A stretch of 64,000 bases of DNA from Eledone cirrhosa (GCA_964016885.1 OZ024742.1:233182001-233246000); one strand, 5' to 3'; counted from the first letter of the stretch, positions 1 through 11,890 are shown. Numbers and translations: made by a program. Notes: generated by a model from the sequence alone, not told the origin.

Positions 1-290
1 TTTCCGCCTCCAACTTAGTCGCTTCAACCACAAACCCCGGAAGCACGACCCGCTATGCAGAGGAAATGAAGATAAACAAATACCGGGGATTGTCTAGCCG
101 CTTCCTCTTCGCACCGGTCGCCGTCGAGACCTCAAGTGTACTTGGACCTTGCATACCCCAACTCCTCCGCAAGATCGGAAAGTCGGCGGCCCGTCTGATC
201 ATGGAGGTCAATGAGGTGAGGAGGGTGTTGCAGCGAGTGTCACTGGCCATATTCCGCGGGACGTAGCCCCATTACTGCCGCGCCCTAGGC
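1..290 (+). mobile_element. 3' fragment of CRE-like non-LTR retrotransposon (restriction-like endonuclease C-terminus)
   Basis: Translation YAEEMKINKY..L..RFLFAPVAVETSSVLG...LQRVSLAIFRG fits the K..KY/F.P.A.ET.G/QR.S.A..RG tail of RLE-type (CRE clade) elements; related copies elsewhere in the window. Confidence 0.6.
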
Positions 291-354
291 CTAGAGCCCA
301 ATCACATCTCCCCCTCCCCATTCTTCTGTGACCATAAAACCCTGATTTGAGTAA

Positions 355-534
355 ATAATTGTTTCGACTTTTGGCACAAGGTCAGCAATTACCCAGTACA
401 TTACTGGTACTTTATTTTATCGACTTCGTAAGGATGAAAGGCAAAGTTAACCTTGACGGGATTTGAACTCAGACCGTAAAGGGACGTAACTATGCTAGAA
501 AGCATGGCGTCCAACCCTCTACCGATACTGCCAA
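355..534 (-). mobile_element. tRNA-derived SINE (OK/Meta-domain-like), young family
   Basis: Reverse complement of TGGCAGTATCGGTAGAGGG...GAGTTCAAATCCCG...CTTTGCCTTTCATCCTTACG..GTCGATAAAATAAAGTACCAG...TTGTGCCAAAAGT. Confidence 0.9.
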
Positions 535-699
535 AATGACTGTAAAGATGCTTTAAGCATTTCTCCTCACTCTTTAGATAAGGAGTGAGAGAACACATCA
601 AGACGGACAACTGACACTGCACACCAGCTCCGAACGCAGAAGAGCCGAACTCCCACTGTCATCGCCTCTATCTCTCTCGCCTTCCCCATCTCTCTGTAT

Positions 700-985
700 T
701 ATGAGCAAATGGGGTCCCATGTGCTGGCCGCTCCACGGCCCTGGCGGACAGTAAAGAGAACACGTTTCCCCAGAGGGTGGTAAGGGTGATGCGCTGGAAC
801 AGCCATTCCATTTCACGAGGCTCACACCTGCGGCTAGCCAACTCAGCGCCTATGGTGGTAAGTAGGGAGGTAGCCCTAAGGCCACGAACACCAGAAGTCT
901 CCACAGTTAGGGACTCGACTACAAACCTGTCGGAGAGCGACCGATACTTGGAAAGTTTACCCTCTTCAGCCTGAAGTGCAGCAGA
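700..985 (-). mobile_element. CRE-like non-LTR 3' fragment
   Basis: AEEGKLSKYRSLSDRFVVESLTVETSGVRG...EPREMEWLFQRITL..L.GN, homologous to 1-290. Confidence 0.6.
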
Positions 986-2429
986 GCCTTTGATGATAAG
1001 GAAGAATATTACAATGAGGCTTTACATAGAGCAGGATACGCGAATAAAATTAAATACTTAGATAACAATAACATGACAAATCATCCTAGAATTCATGAGT
1101 TCAAATTCCGCCGAGGTTGACTTTGCCTTTCATCCTTACGGGGTCGATAAAATAAAGTACCAGTAATGCACTGGTTATTTGCTGGCCTTGTGCCTAAAGT
1201 AGAAACAATGATAATAACAATAAACAATTCAACTTAAATACTAAACCAAACAAAAAACCTAGAACTAGAAATATCATTTGGTATTCTCCCCCATTCTCAT
1301 TAAGCGTTAAAACACCTTTAGCAAAGGTATTTTTTAAAGCACTAGATAAGTGTTTTCCTAAAGCGCACAGATACCACTCTATTTTTAACAGACACCCTAT
1401 AAAACTATCCTACTCTACTACTATGAACATAGCACAAAAAAAAAAAAAAAAAATATAATTAATAATAGAAACTTAAATTTAAACCCTAACCAAACAATCC
1501 AAGATAGCAATAATAATATTTCAAACAACAATATTCATAATAATAGTACCGTTCCGAATAACAACTCCAGAAAATGTAACTGTAGAATTAAATCAAACTG
1601 CCCTTTACAAAATAATTGCTTAGACAAAAACGTAATTTATAAATGCACAGTTAAAACTAGAGACAATATTTAACTATATTGGTGCCACTTCTACAAAATT
1701 CAAAGAACGTTGGTATAACCATACATTTAATAGATCCGATAAAAAATCTTCCACTTCACTTTCACATTTAATTTGGAACTTAAAAGACAACAATATAGAC
1801 TTTTCAATGTCTTGGGGAACGATTTCGAAAGCACCTGCATACCGAAATATGGCTTTCTCAAGATTCTGTCATTTGTGTATCGGGGAATTTTTTTTATATA
1901 ATTAACTGTCAAAACTCTATTAATCTTAAAACAGAATTATTTTCTAGTTGCAGACATCGCCAAAATTCCACTTTCAGAAGTATTTTTAATTTATGATATT
2001 CATTACACCTTTAAAATGATCCTATTATTTACTGAGTATTTTCTTTAAAAATTTAAATTTTTTAAATGATCTTTCTTAATTTTAATATTTTAATATGTTT
2101 ACCATTTGACATTATTTTCTTAATGATACTCCTTTAAATCTATTTTTTTTTTTAGATGTAGATTGATAATCTTTAATTGACATTCTGATAGTTCTTCAAA
2201 ATGCACAATACTTTTTTCCTTTTCTTTGATCTTCAAACTTTCACACATCTTTCGACTAAAATAATATATAATTCAAACTCATCCTTGAAAAATTAATCTC
2301 ACACAAAATAATATATAATTTTCTCTATATATTTTCTGAGTAAATCATTCATCAAATTTAACGGTTAGCAACAAGATTGGAGTTATCCTTTTCCTTTTCC
2401 TTTTCAATCTAGCAAACATTATATGATAA

Positions 2430-2614
2430 GGTGGATTGGCAGTATCGGTAGAGGGTTGGATGCCATGCTTTCTAGCATAGTTACGTCCCTTTACGTTCTG
2501 AGTTCAAATCCCGCCGAGGTTAACTTTGCCTTTCATCCTTACGGGGGTCGATAAAATAAAGTACCAGTAATATACTGGGTAATTGCTGGCCTTGTGCCAA
2601 AAGTAGAAACAATT
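2430..2614 (+). mobile_element. tRNA-derived SINE copy
   Basis: Full-length match to the SINE consensus, with A-box TGGCAGTATCGG and B-box GAGTTCAAATCC. Confidence 0.9.
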
Positions 2615-3294
2615 ATATAATAAACTATATAACTTCGTTAAATTAAAAATATTCTGAAAACATTTTCAATGTTGGAACAAAATATTCGAATCTACAAATT
2701 GTTTTCCTCTTACAACTTGAACTACGTGTTTTTTTTAATGTAAAATGTAAAATCAACATTCTTTGTAACTCATATGAGAAATGTAAACAACTAATAATTG
2801 TGACTTGTTTCTATTCCTATAAAATCACCAATAATACTTATACAAGAACAATTATTAATCTATATATATATGTTTATACTTACAACCTGTTGTAATGTAA
2901 TAAGATAAAATGTACTTACATGTACTTCATATAATCTAATTGATTATATATACAATATTATAACTCATAATATAGCTAAATAATTTTTAAATTCTGTAAT
3001 CATATCCCACCATCCCTACAAATTGTTAATTCTTTTTAAATTAACGTAAATACAAGCTCTTCTTTCTTTCTTTTTCTTCTTCCTAATCATATATTTTAAT
3101 TATTTAAATCTACATAGCGTCTAAAAATAAGGTTTTTTTTCAGCCCTATACCTCAACCTCATTTGCATACTCATCTTAATAATTTGAAATATCTGACTTT
3201 TCTTCTCTTTTCCTTCACTATCCAGAAAAACTTGAACCGTTAAGGTATTTTTTCTGGTTATGTCAATATTTAAATATTTATAAAACAAACTTTG

Positions 3295-3355
3295 TATTTT
3301 ATCTGATGAGAGCGTACCAAAGTTTTGGTACCCTTGAAATATATATAATAGAATA
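3295..3355 (+). ncRNA. Type I hammerhead ribozyme motif in Penelope pLTR
   Basis: UAUUUUAU-CUGAUGA-GAGCGUACCAA/UUGGUACCCUU (stem II)-GAAA-UAUAUA-UA-AUAGAAUA; stem I 8 bp, palindromic stem III. Confidence 0.7.
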
Positions 3356-3480
3356 AATATGGTTTTATAAATATAGTTTCCATTTATTTAATATCATTGA
3401 ATATTATACTCCAGAAAACTTGTCGAGTGCTTTGAATCAGTTATAAACATTTATATTTGTTGAATTACCAACAAATTGAA

Positions 3481-4145
3481 GGCATAGGTTAAGAATAACG
3501 TCCTCGAAATTGAAACTAGGTTTTCTGACAAGTGAATGTGTTTTTTTTTTTTTTTACAATGAAATTTACGATATACTCTTTGTTTATTTACAACAGGTCT
3601 CTATAGTGATATGGTGTTAATTAGTATTGCGTGTGTGATTATTTTCTCTTATATATATATATATGTGTGGGTGTGTATATGTGTGTATATATATGTGTCT
3701 GTATGTATATATATATGTGTGTTTGTATATATATATGTGTTTGTGTCATCATCATCGTTTAGATGTTTTTGTAATATCTTGCCAAAGTTGGCACCAACTA
3801 TAAACAAATTAAGGCCGGGTCATAAGAAGGACAGAGAATGATAAGGGATTTGGGTAAAAACATCTAAACGATGATGATGACACAAACACACACATATATA
3901 CAAACACACATATATATATACATACAGACACACATATATATACACACATATACACACCCACACATATATATATATAAGAGAAAATAATCACACACGCAAT
4001 ACTAATTAACACCATATCACTATAGAGACCTGTTGTAAATAAACAAAGAGTGTATCGTAAATTTCATTGTAAAAAATAAAAAAAACACATTCACTTGTCA
4101 GAAAACCTAGTTTCAATTTCGAGGACGTTATTCTTAACCTATGCC
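3481..4145. repeat. ~290-bp near-perfect inverted repeat (arms 3481-3770 and 3856-4145, 85-bp spacer)
   Basis: GGCATAGGTTAAGAATAACG...TAGATGTTTTT is mirrored by AAAAACATCTA...CGTTATTCTTAACCTATGCC; mirror-image ORFs 3611+ and 3809- confirm it. Confidence 0.95.
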
Positions 4146-4165
4146 CAAATTGAATATCCCTCTTG

Positions 4166-4200
<35 letters not shown>

Positions 4201-4418
4201 ATACTTGGGGAGGGTCATATTGTTGTAATAACAGAACACACTCACTGTTTGGTTGGTTTTCGCTTCTGTATTTTTCATATTTCCACAGTTAATTCGTTCG
4301 GTCCTCAATGTTTATCATTGACTGACCAACGGTCAAAAATACAGATATAATATAGATATAAACACATATATATAGTCTAACAAAGTTCTTTCGTTGCACA
4401 TCTGCAACATCATCGCTG

Positions 4419-4459
<41 letters not shown>

Positions 4460-5004
4460 GGGAAGAAAGAGGAAAACTGCGTGGTTGCACATGGGTTACA
4501 TATTATAAAATTAGTCCCTCATCAGTGATTTGCCAACTATCATTGGTATTTCATCGCATTAAAAATCATATACCTCAGGTTGGTGCGAGCAATAACTAAA
4601 ATAAGCTATTGGGACAAGTGAATCGCGTAAAGCGAGTGAGACAAGTAAACAACGTAGAAGGAAAAGTAAACCGAAGGTAGGAAAAAAGCAAGCAACATGA
4701 TGGTTATCCGATCAGCATAATCTGGGTGAATTTCATGAGCGGTCAGAAAACAGACCGTCCGACGTGAATGAGATGTAAGAAAGAAAGAATCCCACTACTA
4801 ACGAACGGGAGGAAGTGAGAAGGGGAGAAACAGAGAGTGAGTGAGTGGAAGTGCTAGGAAGGGGTCAATCGAGAGAAATATATACATTTTCTTGAACATT
4901 TTCCTATATATAAAATGCAACCATTGTTTTTGGAAGCCACTTTGGCTTCCAAAAACAATGGTTGCATTTTAATAGGGTACGTCAAAGCTTATTTGTAAAA
5001 CTGT

Positions 5005-5195
5005 TATATATTGTATTTTATCTGATGAAGGCATACCATAATTTAATTTGGTATCCCTGAAATATGTATAATGAAATAAATATGGTTTTATAAATATAGT
5101 TTCCATTTATTAATATCGTATATCTACTCCAAATACTTGTCGAGTGCTTTATATCAGTTATAAAAATATTTACTTGTTGTATCCCAACAATTTTA
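5005..5195 (+). mobile_element. Solo Penelope pLTR (second copy of ~3290-3478) with hammerhead motif at 5014-5078
   Basis: TATTTTATCTGATGAAGGCATACCA...TGGTATCCCTGAAATATGTATAATGAAATA, followed by the same downstream sequence as 3356-3478. Confidence 0.75.
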
Positions 5196-5209
5196 AATAG
5201 AACTTTTGC

Positions 5210-5256
<47 letters not shown>

Positions 5257-5263
5257 GTGTGTG

Positions 5264-5605
5264 TGTAAAAGGTAAAGAGAAATAACAACACAATCGGTAC
5301 AGTATATGAAAGGAATATATTAGGTTAACGCTTGAAATGGCAGGACGAGGGTCTTAACGTTTCGGATGCTAGGCCTTCATCAGAAGAAAGAATGAGAAAT
5401 TAGAAAGATTGAATGGACGGGCGGAGTGGAATTGTAAAAAAATGCTTTTAGAGAAAAATAACAGGTCCATTCATGTTGCCATCTCTTGGAAAACTGTTGA
5501 TGCTGGCGTTTTGTGTATGATATATTTTTTTAGAAAAGTGGATGATGGAGCGCGTCTATCTGAAATGGAAAAAAAAACATTTTGTATAAAGAGCTGTACT
5601 TGCGC

Positions 5606-5699
<94 letters not shown>

Positions 5700-5720
5700 A
5701 TACGTCCGTACGAAGCTAAG
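5264..5720 (-). mobile_element. Solo 3' end (pLTR) of the Neptune-like element at 13430-16860
   Basis: Close copy of ~13430-13800 (GTAAAAGGTAAA.AGAAATAACA...GGAGCGCGTCTA.CTGAAATGGAA); degenerate hammerhead at 5352-5387. Confidence 0.85.
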
Positions 5721-6265
5721 AGGATATGCGTGTTTCCTTGTAAGTACGAAGCTATATATATATTACTGTAATTTACAGGAAATACCCGCCAGTGCTAGAC
5801 CAATCACCTACTATGCCTATTGTTAGATCCTACCTTGCATTAATGCCTTGTGCAGAAGTCAATAAAGAAGTCTGTCTAAAGAAAGTTAAAACAAATATTG
5901 AAATTAAAACTGCGTTGTTCATGATTTGTGGCGAGACAGGAAGTGAAATTGAACGGATATAGTTACATTGTATTATAACTAAAACTAAAAAAATTGATAA
6001 CCACTTTGTTACTGCAGAGAAAGGACTGTGTAAATGTTATAGGAATAACAGCAAACATGTGAAAATATTTGTCATCACTGAATGCACACTCATCGTGTGC
6101 TTTGTCTTTTAAGTTACTTTACTGCTTCATTAATCAAATGTTTTTCCGAAGTTTTGTTTCATGGAAAGAAGATAGAAAGCAATATATATTTAAACTATTT
6201 ACTCTGTGCAAATGTATTTAACAATATATATTTAAGCTACGTATTTACTCTGTGCCCATTTAACA

Positions 6266-6634
6266 ATGGAAAATCGTTTAGAAAGCAAAACCTCATGGAA
6301 TATAGGCAAAACTGATGAAGCTAATCTGTTTTCTTCGAATGGATATTGTTGTTTATGTTTCACAGCATTTTTCGGATCTTTCGTTGGGATAATTATGACT
6401 GCAATAGGAGTGTGTATCATTTTGAATTATAATGCGTTCAATACATCTGATTTACTACCAAACACATTCTTACACTTCAAACATACTCAACGTATTGGAC
6501 TGATACTCATATGCTCCGGATCATTTATTTTCTTTTTAAGTTTAACAATCAGTTGCATGTGTTTAATGTTAGGAAAACGCGGAATACTGTGTGCGAAGAA
6601 AATCGATTACCCTTATGTAACCCTGCACGACTAA
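6266..6634 (+). CDS. Putative small two-pass membrane protein, 122 aa, intronless ORF
   Basis: Good Kozak context (ACAATGG); two clear hydrophobic helices (CFTAFFGSFVGIIMTAIGVCIIL; IGLILICSGSFIFFLSLTISCMCLML) flanked by Cys clusters; basic post-TM residues; tandem TAA TAA stop; non-repetitive sequence. Confidence 0.6.
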   Translation: MENRLESKTSWNIGKTDEANLFSSNGYCCLCFTAFFGSFVGIIMTAIGVCIILNYNAFNTSDLLPNTFLHFKHTQRIGLILICSGSFIFFLSLTISCMCLMLGKRGILCAKKIDYPYVTLHD

Positions 6635-8892
6635 TAACAAAAAAAAAAAATGATTCGGCGAAGGGGTATAGTCGATTATATCAACCCGATCCTTGACTGG
6701 TAGTATATTTTTTTGACCCCGGAAAGATGACCTTGTCAGGGTTTGAAAACTGAGCGTAAAGAGACTTAATTAAACTTTTCACATAACTTCGTAGATTTTA
6801 TTACATTAATGATTACTTTTTGTAAACTTCAAATGATTTTTAAGCAATCCTTTTGAAGCATACATTGAATATTCACAATCACACTGAAAAGCATCATGTT
6901 CATATTCAAAATCCATAATCAAAACATTTTTAACAATCGTTGATTATTTATTTATGCACTTAATATTTTCTTCATTTTTACAATCTTCTAGTCAATGCTT
7001 TTAATTAATATTTTGTATTTAATGTATATATAAAATTGACATGATGATGATGATGATTAGCACCAAGTCAGCCCTGAGTGAGCATACCTGTCATCAAATA
7101 CATTACCTCCACGCCTAGGCGATCGCCGATCATTACTGAATGTGTTGGTAGGATGTGATTTGAGGGAGTTTTGGCTGGTATTTTTAGCACTTCAAGTGAC
7201 CATGTAGAGGCTCTGTCGTGTCACTGATGATTTAATTCCCACACTATTTATAGCCGAATGATTAAATTAAATTAATTTACATTAAACAACCTGCTAGCAG
7301 ATGAATAACTAGTGAGGAATCCTCCACATGAGCGTCTAACCTACTAGAAATAGCAGCCAAATGCTCCTCGAATCACTCCTCATCAAGATTAATTGTAAAG
7401 GGTAGAGAGAGGTCTGGCTAAATAATGGTTTCTATTTTAGGCACAAGGCCAACAATTTTTGTTTTTTTTTTAGAGAAAGGTGGAGGGTAAAGTCTATTAA
7501 ATCGACCCCCAGTACACTACTGGTACTTTATTTTATCGACCCCGTAAGGATGAGAGGCAAAGATAACTCCGGTGTGATTTGAATTCATAACGTAAAGGGA
7601 CGTAACTCTGTGCCGCGATGCATGGTGTCTGACGCTAATAATACCAAACTACAACAATTATTTTCATGCGATTTATCAATTTAATTCGTTCACTTGATAT
7701 TTAAGCTGTGTTTTTGTTGGTCAATAAATAAATAACTGTGAAAGAGAGGAATGTTACTTGATTTCACGTCTATTGCCGATCATTGTGTGGCATTCACCTA
7801 CCGTTGTAAAGATTAAGTACCGTGATCCATAGTTGGTGTTTATATCACAATTAAGAAAACATCTATATATTCTCATCTTGTAGTTTAGTCTAGGGGAGAT
7901 CTAGGATCAAAAGCGTCACAGCCATCACCACCTGTCTTTCTCATCTTTTAAAACAGATTTAATGCTATTTAAAATATTTAATGTTACACAAGGGAAGATC
8001 TGGCTGTTATTTCAAGCAAGTCTAAGCAACCAGAGTCCACCTTTCTCGCTCGCTCGTTGTTTAATTTAATTCATTATTTTATACTTTTATTTTCCTTTGT
8101 ATTCTTGACACTTTTGTTATCATTTATTTTACATCGATTATCATAAGTGTCACAATTATCAACTAAAACAAACATGTTATGACGTACTGACACAGTTTTA
8201 TTAGTCATCAACTTCTAAACTGGGAAAATTGTGAAGGCTTTAGTGTATACTGCTTAATACATTACATAATACAGTTCAATCCTTCTCATAACACCAAAGT
8301 CGACTGTATCTGTTATCTCTTTAGAGTTTTTTTTAATCATATCGCTTTGTTAAGGAGAGAAAGGCAGCGCCAGTGTATAGCTAGAAATTGTGTCACCTAA
8401 CGCGGCCTTAGGGTTTTCCCTGTCCCATACGAAAAATACAATGACAAAGGCCAAAAGTCCCATCCGGGGCAAAACCCCGCAACCCAACTTATCATCTTTT
8501 CAAGACCTCACACCACCCGAGATTGATTACAGGAAGACAGAAGTTATTCTAACACCAGAGACCTGACCCAAATGCTTGCAACAGAGTGAATTCTACTGAA
8601 AGCATAAAAAGACCAGGTGGTGGTTTTAAACCGAGCGAGTTCCCAAAACGTAAAGAGCCGGAACAAATACGGCACGGCATCTCGTTAGACGTTCTAACAA
8701 TTGTGCCAATCTATCACCTTGCCTGTTTTCCAATTGACGCTGAAAGGATGAAAGGAAAAGGTGACCCCAGTTGGATTTGAATCCAGGGTGTAATGAGACA
8801 GAATTAATATCACAAAACATTTTGTCCTTCGCTCTAATGATTCTGTCAATTCCACACCTTTTGATAGAAATGATTATCGAGTTAAAGAGTTA

Positions 8893-9064
8893 AAGAGTTA
8901 CTGCCCTTTACGGTCTGGGTTCAAATCCCGCCGAGGTTAACTTTACCTTTCATCCTTACGGGGTCGATAAAATAAAGTACCAGTAATGCACTGGGGTCGA
9001 TTTAATCGACATCCCCCCCCCCCCTTCAAATTGCTGGCCTTGTGCCTAAAGTAGAAACAATTAT
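8893..9064 (+). mobile_element. tRNA-derived SINE copy (5'-truncated, longer subfamily)
   Basis: Consensus match plus the extra GGGGTCGATTTAATCGAC...CCCC segment. Confidence 0.85.
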
Positions 9065-9387
9065 TAAGTGGAATAAATATGCACCCTCTTACGTTTATTC
9101 CACTGAATGACAGCTGGCTAAAATCTGACAGCTAAATATCCTTTCATTGTAAACATTCATATTTTTGCGTAAATAAACTTTGATATGTTAAAAACGAGGA
9201 GTAAATCATTTTTATTTATATGAACATAAGTAAACCAGGTTTGTTTATTTAAATATATACAATATATTTTAGCTGCCCGAAGCAAAATCTATATATATGG
9301 AGGGAAAATAGTTTTATAAGATTTAGGAAAAATGTTCGTTTATTTCCTCATTAATTTTGTAAAAGAAAAATTAATGAGGAAATAAAC

Positions 9388-9572
9388 GGATTGGCAGTAT
9401 CGGTAGAGGGTCGGACGCCATGCTTTGCAGCAAAGAGTTACGGCCCTATATGGTCTGAGTTCAAATCCCGCCGAGGTTAATTTTGCCTTTCATCCTTACG
9501 GGGTCGATAAAATAAAGTACCAGTAATGCACTGGGATAATTGCTGACCTTGTGCCAAAAGTAGAAACAATTA
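9388..9572 (+). mobile_element. tRNA-derived SINE copy
   Basis: Consensus match; ~25-bp imperfect target duplication ATTAATTTT..AAAAGAAAAAT.AATG on both sides. Confidence 0.9.
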
Positions 9573-10935
9573 ATTTTTGAAAAGAAAAATCAATGTCATC
9601 TATCACTAGGCCACATGATGTAAAACTTGCCGGTTTTAACGTTCCAATTCTGTCCTATACAGAGATATATACAGTACTGTGGTAAATTAGATGTTTCTGG
9701 GAATATTACTTGTGCTATAACAGCATCTTGTTCGTAAAACATTTGTGGCATCTAAACTCAAATGATGCAACAGAGTTTTTGTTGTTTAAACTACAGTAAT
9801 CTAACACAGTTGTTGCTGTTTAAACTCTTATCAACTTTTCTTTCATCAGAAAAGGCCGATTCTTTATTGCCGGAATTATTGGTGTTGTCTTAATTAATTG
9901 CGTTTGGTATTACGAGCTTTCTCACTGGTGCAATATATGCTACTCCTAATACTTTGCCATTCCAACCAATTGGAAAAGAAAAGTAAAAACACTGAAGATT
10001 ACGAAGATATATATATATATATATATATTATTCAAAATATTAATAAATGAAGACATTCATATAATCAAAATATATGTTTTATTATATATATATTTCGAAG
10101 GTACTGTGCTATTTTTTTCAGTACGTCCTCGTCAGATAAAATACATGAATTGATGTATGACATGGTCCAATTCCAGTATTGGCAGTGATTTATTACGACA
10201 AATCTCAACATTTATATACCACAAATAATCATAATCTATAAAGCTCAGCGTGTGGACATGCTCCTTTGTTGTAGAAATCTACGATATAGAATTTCTTCAA
10301 TTGAAATTTACAATTCAGTATTCGAAATAGCTTCGGTTGCGTCTTGGCACATCTAATTTTTTCAATTTCACCCACAATTACGCAAAAAATAGATAAAACT
10401 CAATATTTTACGATTTTTCTCTCTCATTTAAACTGCTAAACTCTTTCTACTACCATTCAAAATCTATACAACTTCATACTTTCTGCTACTTTCTCTTTCC
10501 AAGCTTGATGGTGATACTGTCCGTTTTACTCTCTCATATCATCTGCTTACCTCTATCTACAACCCACACATTTTGCTACTTTCTCTTTTATACTTCAAAC
10601 TTACTGATTTATTTACAAACGCATACAAACACACACTCACTTCAAATGATAAAAAAACATTTAAAGCAATTAAACAACGTGCGTGATTTATAACCACACT
10701 AACTTTTAGTTGCTCAATTATTACATTTCATACGAAACGACAATTATTCAAAAGCAACAGATACATTTATTCAACAACAAGCGATACATTTTTTTTAAAA
10801 CCTCTCAACGAACGTGGATTCTTACAGACTTTGAGTCGAATCGGTTTGAAATTGTGCAAATGTATAAACATGGAACATGTGCACACACACAACAACAACA
10901 ACAATCTGCCTTTTATAGATAATGATAAACAATAA

Positions 10936-11303
10936 TATCCTCTATGAGGTCACTAAACCTGCTAGAAACAGCAGCTAACTCTGCCCCATATCACACCACT
11001 CCCTACTGTCTTAAATTTAAAAAACACATATCCTCTATGAGGTTACTAAACCTACTAGAAACAGCAGCTAACTCTCCCCCATATCACACCCCTCCCTACT
11101 GTCTTAAATTTAGAAAATATATCTTCTATGAGGTCACTAAACCTGCTAGAAACAGCAGCTAACTCTCCCCCATATCACACCACTCCCTACTGTCTTAAAT
11201 TTAGAAAACACATATCCTCTATGAGGTCACTAAACCTGCTAGAAACAACAGCTAACTCTCCATCATATCATAACCCTCCCTACTGTCTTAAATTTAGAAA
11301 ACA
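10936..11303 (+). repeat. 92-bp tandem repeat, 4 copies
   Basis: ATGAGGTCACTAAACCTGCTAGAAACAGCAGCTAACTCT...CTGTCTTAAATTTAGAAAA recurs at 10944, 11036, 11128 and 11220. Confidence 0.95.
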
Positions 11304-11801
11304 CACAGACAACCATGCAGAACAACTCCATCGCAACTCTGTTGTTCGGTTGGCATCGTCTACGCGCGTGTTGCGCAAGTACTGTGAAACAATAAATTTC
11401 AACACTTTTTTCCACAGAGATAATATCCATAGGCGAAACTACAATTGTCACTGCTGGCGCAGCTCCTGCTTCCAGGTCTGCAATTCATTCACCCAGTGCC
11501 TGGCAGACAAAAAAGTGCTGCCATAAAATGGGTGGTGCAACCTAACTTCTGTAACTTAATGACCCCGAGCAACGCCGGGCTTTAATGCTAGTAACATGAT
11601 AAACTTAAATTTAATGAAGAAGAGGACGTGGAGCGAGATATAGGAATAAGGAGGGGGTGAATATGAGGAAATGCAAGAAAAAAAAAATAAATACATACAT
11701 ACATAAATATTTAAATGCTTAAATATACGTGTTAGGTAAGAAAAGGGAAGAGAGAGAGAGAGATAGAAGAGAGAAGAAGAAAGACGTAACTGCAAAAAGG
11801 A

Positions 11802-11837
<36 letters not shown>

Positions 11838-11890
11838 GAAATTATGTGTGACCGTTGCTTTCAAATACTAAGTCAAATGGAAGCGACCAA

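Larger units (their letters stand above)
995..3478 (+). mobile_element. Degenerate 5'-truncated Penelope-like element (thumb, GIY-YIG, 3' pLTR), interrupted by SINEs
   Basis: EEYYNEALHRAGY...RNIIWYSPPFS...KLSYST...CNCRIKSNCPLQNNCLDKNVIYKCTV...YIGATSTKFKERWYNH with frameshifts; terminal ~190-bp repeat containing a hammerhead motif. Confidence 0.8.

Noticed and set aside
3611-5826. YIYI/CVCV-type ORFs
   Set aside because: Translations of (TA)n and (TG)n microsatellites; the same applies at 12842-13449 and 60119-60627.
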